The position numbers and the translations under genes are program-made. Below, in pieces: positions 39,744 to 49,556 of a stretch of 64,000 bases of DNA. The stretch lies in assembly GCA_002684655.1 (NCBI GenBank), contig NYVR01000003.1, forward strand, positions 22,974 to 86,973, in the 5' to 3' direction. The stretch's first letter is position 1; each line of letters starts with the position of its first letter. This DNA is from Planctomycetota bacterium (lineage in GTDB: Bacteria > Planctomycetota > UBA1135 > UBA2386). A model generated the notes under the pieces. That model saw only the letters and a list, made by a program, of their open reading frames with translations, was not told the origin of the DNA and searched no databases.

Positions 39744-41240
39744 GTGCCCATCATCCTTCCAGAACTCGATCCCCGTAGCACGTCTACGACGTCAGAACAG
39801 ATCTCGCGCTTCTACGAGAGCGCGATCGACGATGGGCGCGTCCCGATCGGCGACCGGCTGCCTCCGATCCGCGTCGTCGCCTCGCGATGTCAGGTGACGC
39901 GAGCCACCGTCCAGGACGCCTACCGCAGGTTGGCGGACCGCGGCTTGGTCGAGGGCACCGTCGGGCGTGGCACCGTCGTGCTGACGACGACGGCTGGTGG
40001 AGACCCCGCCTCCAACGGATCTGCGCGGCTGGTCAGCCCCTACGCCGAAGCTGCGCTGCGTCGCACCAAGGCGATGGCTGGCGCGCCGACCTTGGCATCG
40101 GAGCAAGCGTGCGTCGCAAACTTCGCCGAGCTTCAGCCGGACGACGCTCGCTTTCCGATTCCGGAGTGGCGCGCGGCGATGGACGCCGTGCTCGAACACC
40201 ACGGTCGCGAGCTGCTCGGCTACGGCCACTCGGCGATGGGCCTCGACGAGCTCCGTGAGCTGCTCGCGCGACGTTCGGAGGCCAGCGACCCCGCATTGCG
40301 TGGCGACCAGTTGCTGGTCACCGCGGGCGCGCAGCAGGCGCTGGACCTGATTCTCCGGACGGTCTGCAGCATCGGCGACACGGTCGTCGTGACTGAGCCG
40401 TCCTACCACCACATGCACGGGCTCCTCAGGGCGCACGGCCTCCAGGTCGTCCAAGTGCCCTTCGGGCCTGACGGCCTCGACCACGCACAGCTCACGAGCG
40501 TGCTGGCGCGGCCTTCGGTGCGGCTGTGCTACCTGATGCCGACCTTCCATAACCCCACGGGACGGACGCTCGATATCGCGCAGCGCCGCGACCTGATCGA
40601 CGCGGTCTCGTCGACCGACGTGGTCCTCGTTGAAGACGAGTATCAGCACTCGCTGCGCTGTCGCGGCGAGGCGCTGCCGACGCTTCGTTCGATGGATCCT
40701 CGCGGCCGTACGTTGACGGTGTCGACGGTGTCCAAAGAGCTCTTCCCTGCGCTGCGGATCGGCTGGATCGCGGGCGACCACAAGCTGCTCGAGCCGATGG
40801 CCGCGGTGAAGCGCTTTATGGATCTGGAGACGAGCCCGTTGCTTCAGGCTGCGCTGGTCGAGTTCATGAAGCGCGGCAGCTTCGATCGTCACCTTCAACA
40901 CCTCCGCGTCGAGCTCGGTCGCCGACACGAAGCGCTGCAGCTCGCGTGCGCGGAGCATCTCCCCTCTGAGTGCCGGGTCACCGACCCCGAGGGCGGCTTC
41001 GTCGCTTGGCTTGAGATGCCGAACGAAGGCCAGGGCGACCAGCTCGCGGAGCTCGCGGTTGAGCGCGGCGTCCGCGTTGTTCCGGGGCGGGCCTTCGACC
41101 TCGACGGGTCTCCCTCGCGCGGGGTCAGGCTTTCACTGACGCGCGCGACCGTGGAAGAGATCCACGCCGGCGTGCGTGTCCTCGGACAGTGCGCGAGCGA
41201 GCTGCTTCAGCTACAGACGGCTGCTCAGCCCTTCATCTAG
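39744..41240 (+). CDS. MocR/GntR-family PLP-binding regulator (PdxR-like)
   Basis: wHTH (GDRLPPIR...TVQDAYRRL...GRGT) plus aminotransferase domain (PTFHNPTG, EDEY, VSKELFPALRIGW); directly upstream of pdxS. Confidence 0.9.
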   Translation: MPIILPELDPRSTSTTSEQISRFYESAIDDGRVPIGDRLPPIRVVASRCQVTRATVQDAYRRLADRGLVEGTVGRGTVVLTTTAGGDPASNGSARLVSPYAEAALRRTKAMAGAPTLASEQACVANFAELQPDDARFPIPEWRAAMDAVLEHHGRELLGYGHSAMGLDELRELLARRSEASDPALRGDQLLVTAGAQQALDLILRTVCSIGDTVVVTEPSYHHMHGLLRAHGLQVVQVPFGPDGLDHAQLTSVLARPSVRLCYLMPTFHNPTGRTLDIAQRRDLIDAVSSTDVVLVEDEYQHSLRCRGEALPTLRSMDPRGRTLTVSTVSKELFPALRIGWIAGDHKLLEPMAAVKRFMDLETSPLLQAALVEFMKRGSFDRHLQHLRVELGRRHEALQLACAEHLPSECRVTDPEGGFVAWLEMPNEGQGDQLAELAVERGVRVVPGRAFDLDGSPSRGVRLSLTRATVEEIHAGVRVLGQCASELLQLQTAAQPFI

Positions 41241-41264
41241 CACGAGCAATCACACCACAACCTC

Positions 41265-42182
41265 ATGACCACGAACCCCACCAACCTCCCCGTTCCTGGC
41301 TTCACGCCGGAAGAGCACAAGAGCAAGATCGGATTCTGCGAGATGCTAAAGGGCGGCGTCATCATGGACGTCGTCGACCCCGAGCAGGCTATGATTGCGC
41401 AGGACGCAGGCGCATGCGCCGTGATGGCGCTTGAGCGTGTCCCGGCCGACATCCGCAAAGACGGCGGCGTCGCGCGAGCGAGCGATCCGGACATGATCGC
41501 TGGCATTCAAGCTGCCGTCAGCATCCCGGTCATGGCGAAGGTGCGGATCGGACACTTCGTCGAAGCGCAGATGCTTGAGTCGATGAAGGTCGACTGCATC
41601 GACGAGAGCGAAGTGCTCACCCCCGCGGACGAAGAGTTCCATGTCGATAAGCGCGCGTTCAAGACGCCGTTCGTCTGCGGCTGTCGAGACCTCGGAGAGG
41701 CGCTCCGTCGTATTCACGAGGGCGCTGCGATGATCCGCACGAAGGGTGAAGCAGGCACTGGAAACGTCGTCGAAGCGGTGCGCCACATGCGCACCCTCAT
41801 GAGCGGCATCCGCGCGCTTCAGGGCCTCGACGCCATGCAAATGGACAAGAAGGCTGCCGAGCTCCGTGTTCCCGTCGAGCTCGTTACGTGGGTCCGCGAC
41901 CACCAAAAACTGCCGGTGCCAAACTTCTCGGCAGGCGGCGTCGCGACGCCTGCCGACGCCTCGCTGATGATGCAGCTCGGCGCTGAGGCGGTGTTCGTAG
42001 GGTCTGGGATCTTTAAGTCGGGTGACCCCGTGCTGCGCGCCCGCGCGATCGTTCGCGCGGTGACGAACTTCAGGGATCCGAGCGTGCTGGTCGAGGTGTC
42101 CAAGGGCCTCGGCGAGCCAATGGTCGGCATCAACATCGACACGCTGCCTGACGATCAACTCTTGGCCAAGCGTGGCGTCTGA
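41265..42182 (+). CDS. pdxS: Pyridoxal 5'-phosphate synthase lyase subunit
   Basis: [47 protein letters not shown]. Confidence 0.98.
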   Translation: MTTNPTNLPVPGFTPEEHKSKIGFCEMLKGGVIMDVVDPEQAMIAQDAGACAVMALERVPADIRKDGGVARASDPDMIAGIQAAVSIPVMAKVRIGHFVEAQMLESMKVDCIDESEVLTPADEEFHVDKRAFKTPFVCGCRDLGEALRRIHEGAAMIRTKGEAGTGNVVEAVRHMRTLMSGIRALQGLDAMQMDKKAAELRVPVELVTWVRDHQKLPVPNFSAGGVATPADASLMMQLGAEAVFVGSGIFKSGDPVLRARAIVRAVTNFRDPSVLVEVSKGLGEPMVGINIDTLPDDQLLAKRGV

Positions 42183-42789
42183 CGCAAACGGCCGGGCCGC
42201 GCCGCTGGTCGGCGTCCTAGCACTGCAAGGCGACTTCGAGGACCACCAAGTCTCGCTCGAGGCTTTGGGCCTGCGCACCACCCAGGTGCGCAGCGCTGCG
42301 CAGCTCGGCGCGATCGACGCCCTGGTCCTCCCGGGGGGCGAGAGCACGACGATGCTCAAGCTGCTTGAGTTAGAAGACCTTTGGGAGCCACTCGGCGCGG
42401 CCCTCCGCAGCGGCGTCCCGACCTTGGCGACCTGTGCGGGGATGATCTTGCTCGCGCAAAGCGTCGAGGATCCAGCGCAGCGCTGCTACGGCTTGCTGCC
42501 GATCACCGTGGTCCGCAACGGCTACGGCCGCCAGTATGAATCGGGCACCTTTGCGCTCACCCCGGCGACGGACGAGCTTCCCACGGATCTAGAGGGCACC
42601 TTCATTCGCGCGCCACGGGTCACCGCGGTCACGGGGGCGTGCGAGGTGCTCGCGCGACGTGGCGCAGACCCGGTCCTGCTGCGCAAGGGCAACCTACTGG
42701 CGGCAGCGTTTCACCCCGAGCTTTGTGTGGGGCATCCAGTTACGAGCATCTTCGCGGCCATGGTTCGAGCCGTCGCCGACTCGGCATAG
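42172..42789 (+). CDS. pdxT: PLP synthase glutaminase subunit
   Basis: [30 protein letters not shown]. Confidence 0.96.
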   Translation: MASDANGRAAPLVGVLALQGDFEDHQVSLEALGLRTTQVRSAAQLGAIDALVLPGGESTTMLKLLELEDLWEPLGAALRSGVPTLATCAGMILLAQSVEDPAQRCYGLLPITVVRNGYGRQYESGTFALTPATDELPTDLEGTFIRAPRVTAVTGACEVLARRGADPVLLRKGNLLAAAFHPELCVGHPVTSIFAAMVRAVADSA

Positions 42790-42893
42790 GCCACGGGCCA
42801 CCGAACACCCCAAGGGCCTGAGCTTGCGCGGTTGGGGCAGCGCCCTCGAGTTCCTTGGTCCCGAGTCGTATCTGATCTAGGCCTCTGCCTATA

Positions 42894-44126
42894 ATGCGCC
42901 GCGTCGTGAGTTCCCTCCTCCGCAAACCCTCTATAGCCGTCGCCACGTGCTCGGCGTTGATCGTCGGGCTGTTCGTATGGAGCGGCGAGCTCGGGCTCGA
43001 AGACGTCGCAGCCAGCCATAAGCAGCATGTCCCGGACCCGGCCTCTGCGAAGGGGCCGCTCGTCGTCAAGCGCGAGGCCGAGACGCTGCTGCCGCGCAGC
43101 GCACGCTACGGCAGAGTTTACGACAGCATGGGGTATTTGGTCGTCGACGCTGAGGTCACGCCCGTTGGGGGTGTCGTGCAGCGAACGGACCCTGACGGCC
43201 GCTTCGCGATCGAGCTGGTAGAGCAACACACGAGCGACCTGCTCGTCGAGGCGAGCGGGCGTCGCTCCGAGTGGCTGCGCACCTCTGCTGTCGCGCCCGA
43301 GCCGATGGCGGTTTGTCTCGAGCCGGCAGCGCCGTGGGACATCGCTCCGATCCAACCGCAGCCAGCGCCGCTGCTGCGCGGCGAAGGTGAGGTCCGCAGC
43401 CCCGACGGATCGCCGCTGCAGAACGCCTTTGTAAACGTTTTGGGGACCGGGTGCTGGGGGCGGACGGACGAGGCCGGACGCGTTGAGCTCCCGCTGCCGC
43501 ACACCAGGGCGACGTTCGTCGTCCACGCGGCGGCAAACCAAGACTACGCCGGCGGGTTTGCAGCGCGCTCCGAGCCGTTCGTGGCGCCGCGGAGCCGTGG
43601 TATCGTGCCTCTCCCTCGGATGGTCGCGCAGCTTGCGGGGTCCATTCGAGGAACCGTGCGTGACGCGAGCGGCGCTCCGATCTCGGGCCTGCCTGTAGAA
43701 GTGCGCGGCGCTGGTTGCCGACGTCAGGTCACAACAGGCGCCGGCGGCGCGTTCGTGGTCGAAGGGCTGCTCCCCGACGACTACGTCGTCGAGCCGTTCG
43801 CGTATTTAGGTCAGGTCTCTGAGCCCGTAGGACTACGCGTCGACCGAGCGGTCGTGCTTTGTGACCTGCTGTTGGCGAAGACCAAAGCGACGAGCCTGGT
43901 GGTCGTCGACGAGCGTGGTCACGCTGCCTCTGGTGTTTGGGTCGCGACGAGCTATCACGGCGTGCGCCGCGACGTCGTCCAAGCAGACCAAGGTGGCCGC
44001 GTGCTGCTGCCGTTGGCTGGCGCTGCGCAGTTCGAAGTTCGGACTGCGGTCGACTTTGCCGCGTGCTCCGTGCGTCGCCTTGAGATCAACGTTGAGCAGC
44101 CAAAGCTGGTGATCACGCAGCCCTGA
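42894..44126 (+). CDS. Membrane-anchored protein with carboxypeptidase regulatory-like (prealbumin-fold) repeats
   Basis: N-terminal TM; repeated GxVxxxxGxP....V...TDxxGRF units; start uncertain. Confidence 0.75.
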   Translation: MRRVVSSLLRKPSIAVATCSALIVGLFVWSGELGLEDVAASHKQHVPDPASAKGPLVVKREAETLLPRSARYGRVYDSMGYLVVDAEVTPVGGVVQRTDPDGRFAIELVEQHTSDLLVEASGRRSEWLRTSAVAPEPMAVCLEPAAPWDIAPIQPQPAPLLRGEGEVRSPDGSPLQNAFVNVLGTGCWGRTDEAGRVELPLPHTRATFVVHAAANQDYAGGFAARSEPFVAPRSRGIVPLPRMVAQLAGSIRGTVRDASGAPISGLPVEVRGAGCRRQVTTGAGGAFVVEGLLPDDYVVEPFAYLGQVSEPVGLRVDRAVVLCDLLLAKTKATSLVVVDERGHAASGVWVATSYHGVRRDVVQADQGGRVLLPLAGAAQFEVRTAVDFAACSVRRLEINVEQPKLVITQP

Positions 44127-44242
44127 GCGCGGCGCGTCACCGAACCTCCGACGTCGCTCGGTCAGCGTGGCGAGATCCAGAGTGGTTGGGTTTCGCGTGA
44201 CGGTGTCCAGCGTGACCGCGTCCGGCGCTGCTGTGCGCGACG

Positions 44243-45316
44243 TTACTGCGTCAGCAGGACGCCGGCGTTGCTCAGCGAGAAGCCGAGCAAGTTCGTGTCG
44301 ATCGCGACAGCCTGCAGCGTGATGAGGTATCCCGGGAAACCGGAGGGGATGTTGAACAGGCTAAAGCCCGAGCCACCAACGAGCGTGAACACGTCGCCCG
44401 TGATCACCGGACCTGAGAGAGACAGGTATACCGAGTCGCCGAACGGAAGCGTCGGGCCGACGGGGTCGAGGCCGAAAGAGATGAAGTTGGCGCCGACCGT
44501 TAGCGGGCTCGGTGCGTTGTTGTAGACGATCGGCATCGGCGCGTTGCCGTCGGCCGTGCCCGAGATGTCGAGCTGGAACGGCGAGCCGTTCACCAACCAA
44601 CCGGTCCCGTAATTGCCGACTTGGCCCGGGATGAGGTAGGTGACCGTGATGCGCGGGAGGCTGCCGAGCGACGACTCGCGCGAGTGCATGCGCCGCGCGG
44701 TCGGCCACATCACCTCGTCTGTCTTCAGGATCCAGCCGAAGTTGCCGGTGGGGTTGTCGAGCCACGATTGGACGTCGTTGACCATCCCCGGTTGGACCGT
44801 CGCCGTGCTCGGGCCGACGGAGGCGAGGTCAAAGATGAAGCTGGGCTGCGGATCGAAGTCTCCGCCGGGCGTGTTCCACGTGGCGCCCGGGGTGCCGCGG
44901 CTCGTGTGGATCCAAGTGGCGGAGCCGTTGCCTGCGAAGGTGCCTGCGCCGCCAGGGCCGCTGGCGAAGGCAGAGCCTTCGTTCCAGTCCTGGGTCACGC
45001 GGTGCACGTAGGTCGCGATCGGCAGGAAGGCCGTCGACTGGGCGCTGAAGCTGTCGAGCTCGACCGACAGGACGCGGGAGCCTGCGGGGATTTGTCCGGC
45101 CACGTCGAAGTGCAACAGCGCGCGCCGCTTACCGGGCTGCGCGGTGACGCCGACGAAGATGCTCGGGCCCGCGCCGTTGGCGAGGGTGCCGTTGTTCGAC
45201 TCGTAGAGCGTCGCGTCCCGGTCGGCAGTGATGGTGATGGTCGTCTGCGCTTGCAAGGAGGTGCAGAGCGCGACGGAGGCCGCGGTGAGGAACAGTTTGG
45301 CGATGGCCTTGGTCAT
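44243..45316 (-). CDS. Secreted DNRLRE/CBM96-like domain protein
   Basis: Signal peptide; ADRDATLYE, RRALLHFDV, VTQDWNEG, WNTPGGDF, VQSWLDNPTGNFGWIL, SRE..P. Confidence 0.8.
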   Translation of the reverse strand: MTKAIAKLFLTAASVALCTSLQAQTTITITADRDATLYESNNGTLANGAGPSIFVGVTAQPGKRRALLHFDVAGQIPAGSRVLSVELDSFSAQSTAFLPIATYVHRVTQDWNEGSAFASGPGGAGTFAGNGSATWIHTSRGTPGATWNTPGGDFDPQPSFIFDLASVGPSTATVQPGMVNDVQSWLDNPTGNFGWILKTDEVMWPTARRMHSRESSLGSLPRITVTYLIPGQVGNYGTGWLVNGSPFQLDISGTADGNAPMPIVYNNAPSPLTVGANFISFGLDPVGPTLPFGDSVYLSLSGPVITGDVFTLVGGSGFSLFNIPSGFPGYLITLQAVAIDTNLLGFSLSNAGVLLTQ

Positions 45317-45550
45317 GTTCGGAGGGTCGCTGACGGGTGTGGATGTTCGGGGCTCGCTAGGGAGAGGATACCTGATCGCTGCCCCACATGAGGCACGGAG
45401 ATCGGAGGTAGCGCCTAGTTTCGATACGGTCGGCAGTTACTCCCGGCTTGCGAGCGATTGCGAGACATGATTCGCGTCATCGAACGTTCGGTTGCAGCGC
45501 GCCTAGGGTTCGCCCAGCGCGTGTCCGCGCGGCGCGGTCCGGCTCGGTCG

Positions 45551-47212
45551 CTACTTCTTTCTACCGACGATGAAGACTTGCCCGTTGCCGATCGCGGCGA
45601 GGCTCTCGAGCAAGGTCTCGTTTGCTTCGCCGAGGCCCACGCAGTGCAAGCGCACGCGTCGGAACGCGTTCATTCGTCGGATGTCCCGGATCAACCAGCA
45701 GTCGATTTGTCCGGGGCTGGGGCGACCCGTGACGTTCGGGAATCCTGCGTAGGGACCGTGGTAGTTGAGTTGGGGCGTGCGCTGGGCCGCCACGCCAGCC
45801 TCCAGGTCCTTCATGACGTTGCCCTCGCCGTAGTCTTTGTCGAGCACGTCGAAGCCGTCCCAGTTCGGGATGCCGTCCGACAGCAGGAAGACCGTGTCAC
45901 AGCCCTCGGTCAACGGCTTGGCGTCGACGTAGAACGGCTCGCCCTGCGGCCCCTTCTTGCCCAGCGAGTAGGCGACGCTCATGCCGAAGTGCAGGCTGGT
46001 CTCGCCGCGAAGGCGATCTCGGCCCTCCCGGAACTGCGCCTCGATGTCGTCGAGCTCGGCCATGGCCTTCTTGATGTTGCCCTTGGACGCCTTGACCAGC
46101 CCCTTAGTGGCGTCCAGCGTGCCTGCGTCCGTGCCGAACCAAACGATCGAGAAGTACTTGTCGCTGTCGAGCCGCGACAGCGAGATGCGCAGTTGTTCGC
46201 GCGCGAGGTCCCAGCGCGTCCGGATCGTGTGCCAGGGCAGGTCGCTCTCGTCGAGCACCATGCTCTTCTTGCTCTTCTTCTTCTTCGGGCCCGTGATCGG
46301 TCCTTTGGGACGCGCGCTCGGCGAGATCTCCCTGAGCATGGAGTCTGACATGTCGAGCACATAGCAGAACCGCTCGCCCTCCGTCTCGATGCCGAAGAAG
46401 CGCGGCTTCGCTGAGGTGCCGTAGTCCTTGGGCTTCTTCACCTCCCCCCGTTCGAGCAGCTCAAGCCACGGCTCGGGGTCGGTGAACTTCGCGGGCCCGT
46501 TGAGGATCTCCTGGAGGTGCCGCGCCATTTGGACCTTCGCAAGCTGCGGCAGCTTGACCTTCTTGTCGAGGAGGCTGATGTAAGCCTTTAGGCCCTCTCG
46601 GTAGTCGTCGTCGTTGACGCGTCCCTTGTTGCGCCAGAGCGCGCCGGTCATCGCGCCGACCAGCAGCATGCGGTCTGCGTCCTTCCGCGGGAACTCGATG
46701 CAGTTGGGCACGATGGCGCGCTTGAGGCCGCCGCGGCTCGACATGCCGAGCGCCGTGATCGCCGCCGCGCGCATGTGGGCCTTCTTGCCGTTCTGCGCGA
46801 TCTCTACGGCGAACTCCTCTCTGCCTTTGTCTACCTCGTTGCGAAGCGTCATCACCCAAAGCCACGAATCCACGGGCTTGTTGAACTTGCTGCGCAGCTT
46901 CGCGAAGCGCGGGAACCACTCTTCGTCTTTGAAGTGCTGCCCGATCATGTGCGCGATCGTGTAGCGCGTGTGCTCTGGGTAGTCGTCGCTCTTAGCGTAG
47001 TCTTTCGCCAACTGCTCCAGCGCCGCGGCTTCGCGCGTCTCGGCGAGCTTTTCGCGACCTTCAACGTGGAAGCGGAACGGCAGACGGCTCATGCACTCCG
47101 TGTAGCGCGCGCGCGCCTCCGAGTATCCGGGCGCGCCCTGCGCTAGGACGCACGCAGTCGTCGTCATCAGCAAGGCGGGCAAGTAGGCGACTATCCTGCG
47201 AAATCCGTGCAT
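45551..47212 (-). CDS. Secreted helical-repeat plus vWA domain protein
   Basis: Signal peptide; FFGI...YVLDMSDSM MIDAS motif, VFLLSDGIP, LHCVGLGE..LLESLA. Confidence 0.8.
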   Translation of the reverse strand: MHGFRRIVAYLPALLMTTTACVLAQGAPGYSEARARYTECMSRLPFRFHVEGREKLAETREAAALEQLAKDYAKSDDYPEHTRYTIAHMIGQHFKDEEWFPRFAKLRSKFNKPVDSWLWVMTLRNEVDKGREEFAVEIAQNGKKAHMRAAAITALGMSSRGGLKRAIVPNCIEFPRKDADRMLLVGAMTGALWRNKGRVNDDDYREGLKAYISLLDKKVKLPQLAKVQMARHLQEILNGPAKFTDPEPWLELLERGEVKKPKDYGTSAKPRFFGIETEGERFCYVLDMSDSMLREISPSARPKGPITGPKKKKSKKSMVLDESDLPWHTIRTRWDLAREQLRISLSRLDSDKYFSIVWFGTDAGTLDATKGLVKASKGNIKKAMAELDDIEAQFREGRDRLRGETSLHFGMSVAYSLGKKGPQGEPFYVDAKPLTEGCDTVFLLSDGIPNWDGFDVLDKDYGEGNVMKDLEAGVAAQRTPQLNYHGPYAGFPNVTGRPSPGQIDCWLIRDIRRMNAFRRVRLHCVGLGEANETLLESLAAIGNGQVFIVGRKK

Positions 47213-47644
47213 CGTTACCTTGGGGTCGAGCTGACAGGCGTGGCGGACGCGTTTGATAGATTACGAGGGCGCTCGGCTATCGCCTAGTCCAGAGATCACG
47301 AGGTTGCGGGTGTGCTGGCTCACCGCTTGATACAGCCTACCTGCTTGAGCGTATGCACGACGTCTAAGCGGTAGATCTGGGCCGCCTTGACGGCGCCGAT
47401 GTCTTTTTAGGACATGGGAAGACCTCATCCATCACGGCGCCGCCCTTACGACACTCGACGCCTTCGGTCGCGATTCATGGGGTAAGCTTTCTCGAAGCGC
47501 CGTTCAGATCAGGCACCCGCGCGTAAGCGCGGATGCTTGCTGTCATGATCCGCACGGCTCCTTCCGACGGTGGCAAGGAGCCTGCGCACGAGCGGGAGTC
47601 CCGGTCGCCGCTGCAACCGTTGCTCGTAAGCAGACACGGAATTC

Positions 47645-49549
47645 GTGATGACCACCGCCTCTCGCCCCTGCAGGTTCCTACGATCTCTGCTCCTGTTATT
47701 GGTAGCAGCGCTCGCGGCCAGCCACGCCGCGGCACAGCGGTCCTCCCTGGGTTCGGTGCTTTCCAACCCGACCTTTGAGGCCGGTCGCGTGGGCAAGGCT
47801 CCGCCTGAGTGGTGGTTGAGCGCGCAGGGCTCCTGCACCTGCAAGGTCATCGAGGGCGACGCGTTCCAAGGCGACCGCGCGGCGTTCCTCAACTCGTCTG
47901 ATTCAGAGTTCCATGAGCAGTCTCAGCTCATGCAGACGATCGACGCGCAACCTTGGCGAGGCAAGCGCCTCAAGTATCGCGCGGCGGTGAAGTCGGTGGA
48001 GGTCGGCGGCGGCGTTGGCTCGCCTATCTGGTGGCTATGTTGCAAGGTGGAGCGATCGCGTGATGCCGACGGAAAGATGCAGCCAGGGGCGTCCGATATG
48101 GGGCGTCCGCGGCCGATCAAGAACTCTAGCTGGGACCTCTACGAGATCGTCCTCGACGTCGCAGCGGACGCGACGCAGGTGACCCTCGGGCTCGGCATGA
48201 TCGGCAAAGGCAAGGTCTGGTTCGACGCTGTGACGCTGGAGGCCGTCGACGCGTCGGTCGAGATCACCACGCCTAGAGGGGTGACGCCGATCGAAGGTGC
48301 GCTCAGCGCGCAGTTCGCCAAGGACCCGGCATCGCGTCAGGCTGAAGCAATGTACGCACAGAAGCAGCCGTTCTGGACAGCGTGGTTGATGGTCGCTGTG
48401 GTCGCTGTCGGCCTCTTCGTGCTTGCTATGTGGCCGTTGCGTCGGCTGGCCGACGGCTCAACTGACAACAGCGACGTCGTCGCTGCATACCTTGACGACA
48501 CCGGCATGGGCCGGATGCGTTACTTCGCGCTCCGCTTTACGATCGTCTACTGGTTGCTCTTCTTCTTGCCGGAGCCGGTCACCACGATGGTCTTTATGGT
48601 CGCGCGGCTGCTAGACGCGGGCGCGGACGTCCAGTGGCTGGCTTTCATGCGAGATTGGTCTGACCCGCTCAACTGGTTCAACAGCGAGCTGGTCGGCGCG
48701 CACCGTGATTACACCGGATGGTTAAGCGGCGTCATCGCAGAGGGAGTCTTTGACGAGCGCTCCGTCCTGGTGCCGCCATCACGCGACAGCAGCGACACAA
48801 CCATGGGCTACTTACTGCTCTTGGGTTACGTCGTGACAGCGGCCGTCGTCGCCGTGGCATGGACCGCGCTGCAGCGTCTGCGGCCGTCGCGAAACGCCTC
48901 CGTGGATCTGCTGCGCAGCTTCCTGCGCTACGCGCTCGCTTTCGCCTTGTTCGCGTCCGGTTTAGCGAAGCTTGATCCGTCAACCACGCCGTTCCCGGAG
49001 CTCACGGTGGATCGTCTCGATGTGACCTGGGGGGCGACCTCGCCGATGGAGCTTGTGTGGGGCTTCATGAGCGCGTCGCGGCCCTACACAGTCTTCGTCG
49101 GCGTCGCAGAGTCGATCGCGGCTGTGCTGCTGCTTTGGCGCCACACGGCGCTGCTCGGCGCGTTGATCTCGGTTGTCGCTATGGCGAACGTGATGATGCT
49201 GAACTTCTGCTACGACTTGCCGCAGAAGATTCTGTCGACGCACCTGATGTTAGGCGCCGTCATGATCGTGGTGCCCGATGTGCGGCGACTCGCGTCGTTG
49301 TTCTTCGCTCACCGCAACTCCAAAGACCTGGGGACCGCGAGCTACTGGTCCGTCAGCCGGACTCCATACATTCGGTGGTTGCCCAAGGGCCTCATCATCG
49401 CGTGTTGCTTCCTGCCGCCGGTCGCTGAGCGAGTTTGGACCTTGTTCACGGTGGAAACAGCGGTGCAGGCGCCGCTCAGCGACCGAGGTGACCGCCTGCT
49501 GGTCGAACGAGGCTTCCGGTGGGTGAACGAGTATCCGCTCAACCGCTGA
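47645..49549 (+). CDS. Fusion of an exported CBM-like beta-sandwich and a DoxX-like multi-TM domain
   Basis: NPTFE, QLMQTIDAQPWRGKRL, GKGKVWFD; then LRYALA, SPMELVWGFMSASRPY, NVMMLNFCYD, RGFRWVNEYPLNR. Confidence 0.75.
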   Translation: MMTTASRPCRFLRSLLLLLVAALAASHAAAQRSSLGSVLSNPTFEAGRVGKAPPEWWLSAQGSCTCKVIEGDAFQGDRAAFLNSSDSEFHEQSQLMQTIDAQPWRGKRLKYRAAVKSVEVGGGVGSPIWWLCCKVERSRDADGKMQPGASDMGRPRPIKNSSWDLYEIVLDVAADATQVTLGLGMIGKGKVWFDAVTLEAVDASVEITTPRGVTPIEGALSAQFAKDPASRQAEAMYAQKQPFWTAWLMVAVVAVGLFVLAMWPLRRLADGSTDNSDVVAAYLDDTGMGRMRYFALRFTIVYWLLFFLPEPVTTMVFMVARLLDAGADVQWLAFMRDWSDPLNWFNSELVGAHRDYTGWLSGVIAEGVFDERSVLVPPSRDSSDTTMGYLLLLGYVVTAAVVAVAWTALQRLRPSRNASVDLLRSFLRYALAFALFASGLAKLDPSTTPFPELTVDRLDVTWGATSPMELVWGFMSASRPYTVFVGVAESIAAVLLLWRHTALLGALISVVAMANVMMLNFCYDLPQKILSTHLMLGAVMIVVPDVRRLASLFFAHRNSKDLGTASYWSVSRTPYIRWLPKGLIIACCFLPPVAERVWTLFTVETAVQAPLSDRGDRLLVERGFRWVNEYPLNR

Positions 49550-49556
49550 AGGCGCC

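Noticed and set aside
39792..42359. 388-aa and 337-aa minus-strand ORFs
   Set aside because: Antisense to the MocR gene and pdxS; no motifs of their own.
47213..47644. 430-bp gap with short gene-like fragments
   Set aside because: Frames are interrupted by stops and resemble nothing I can identify.
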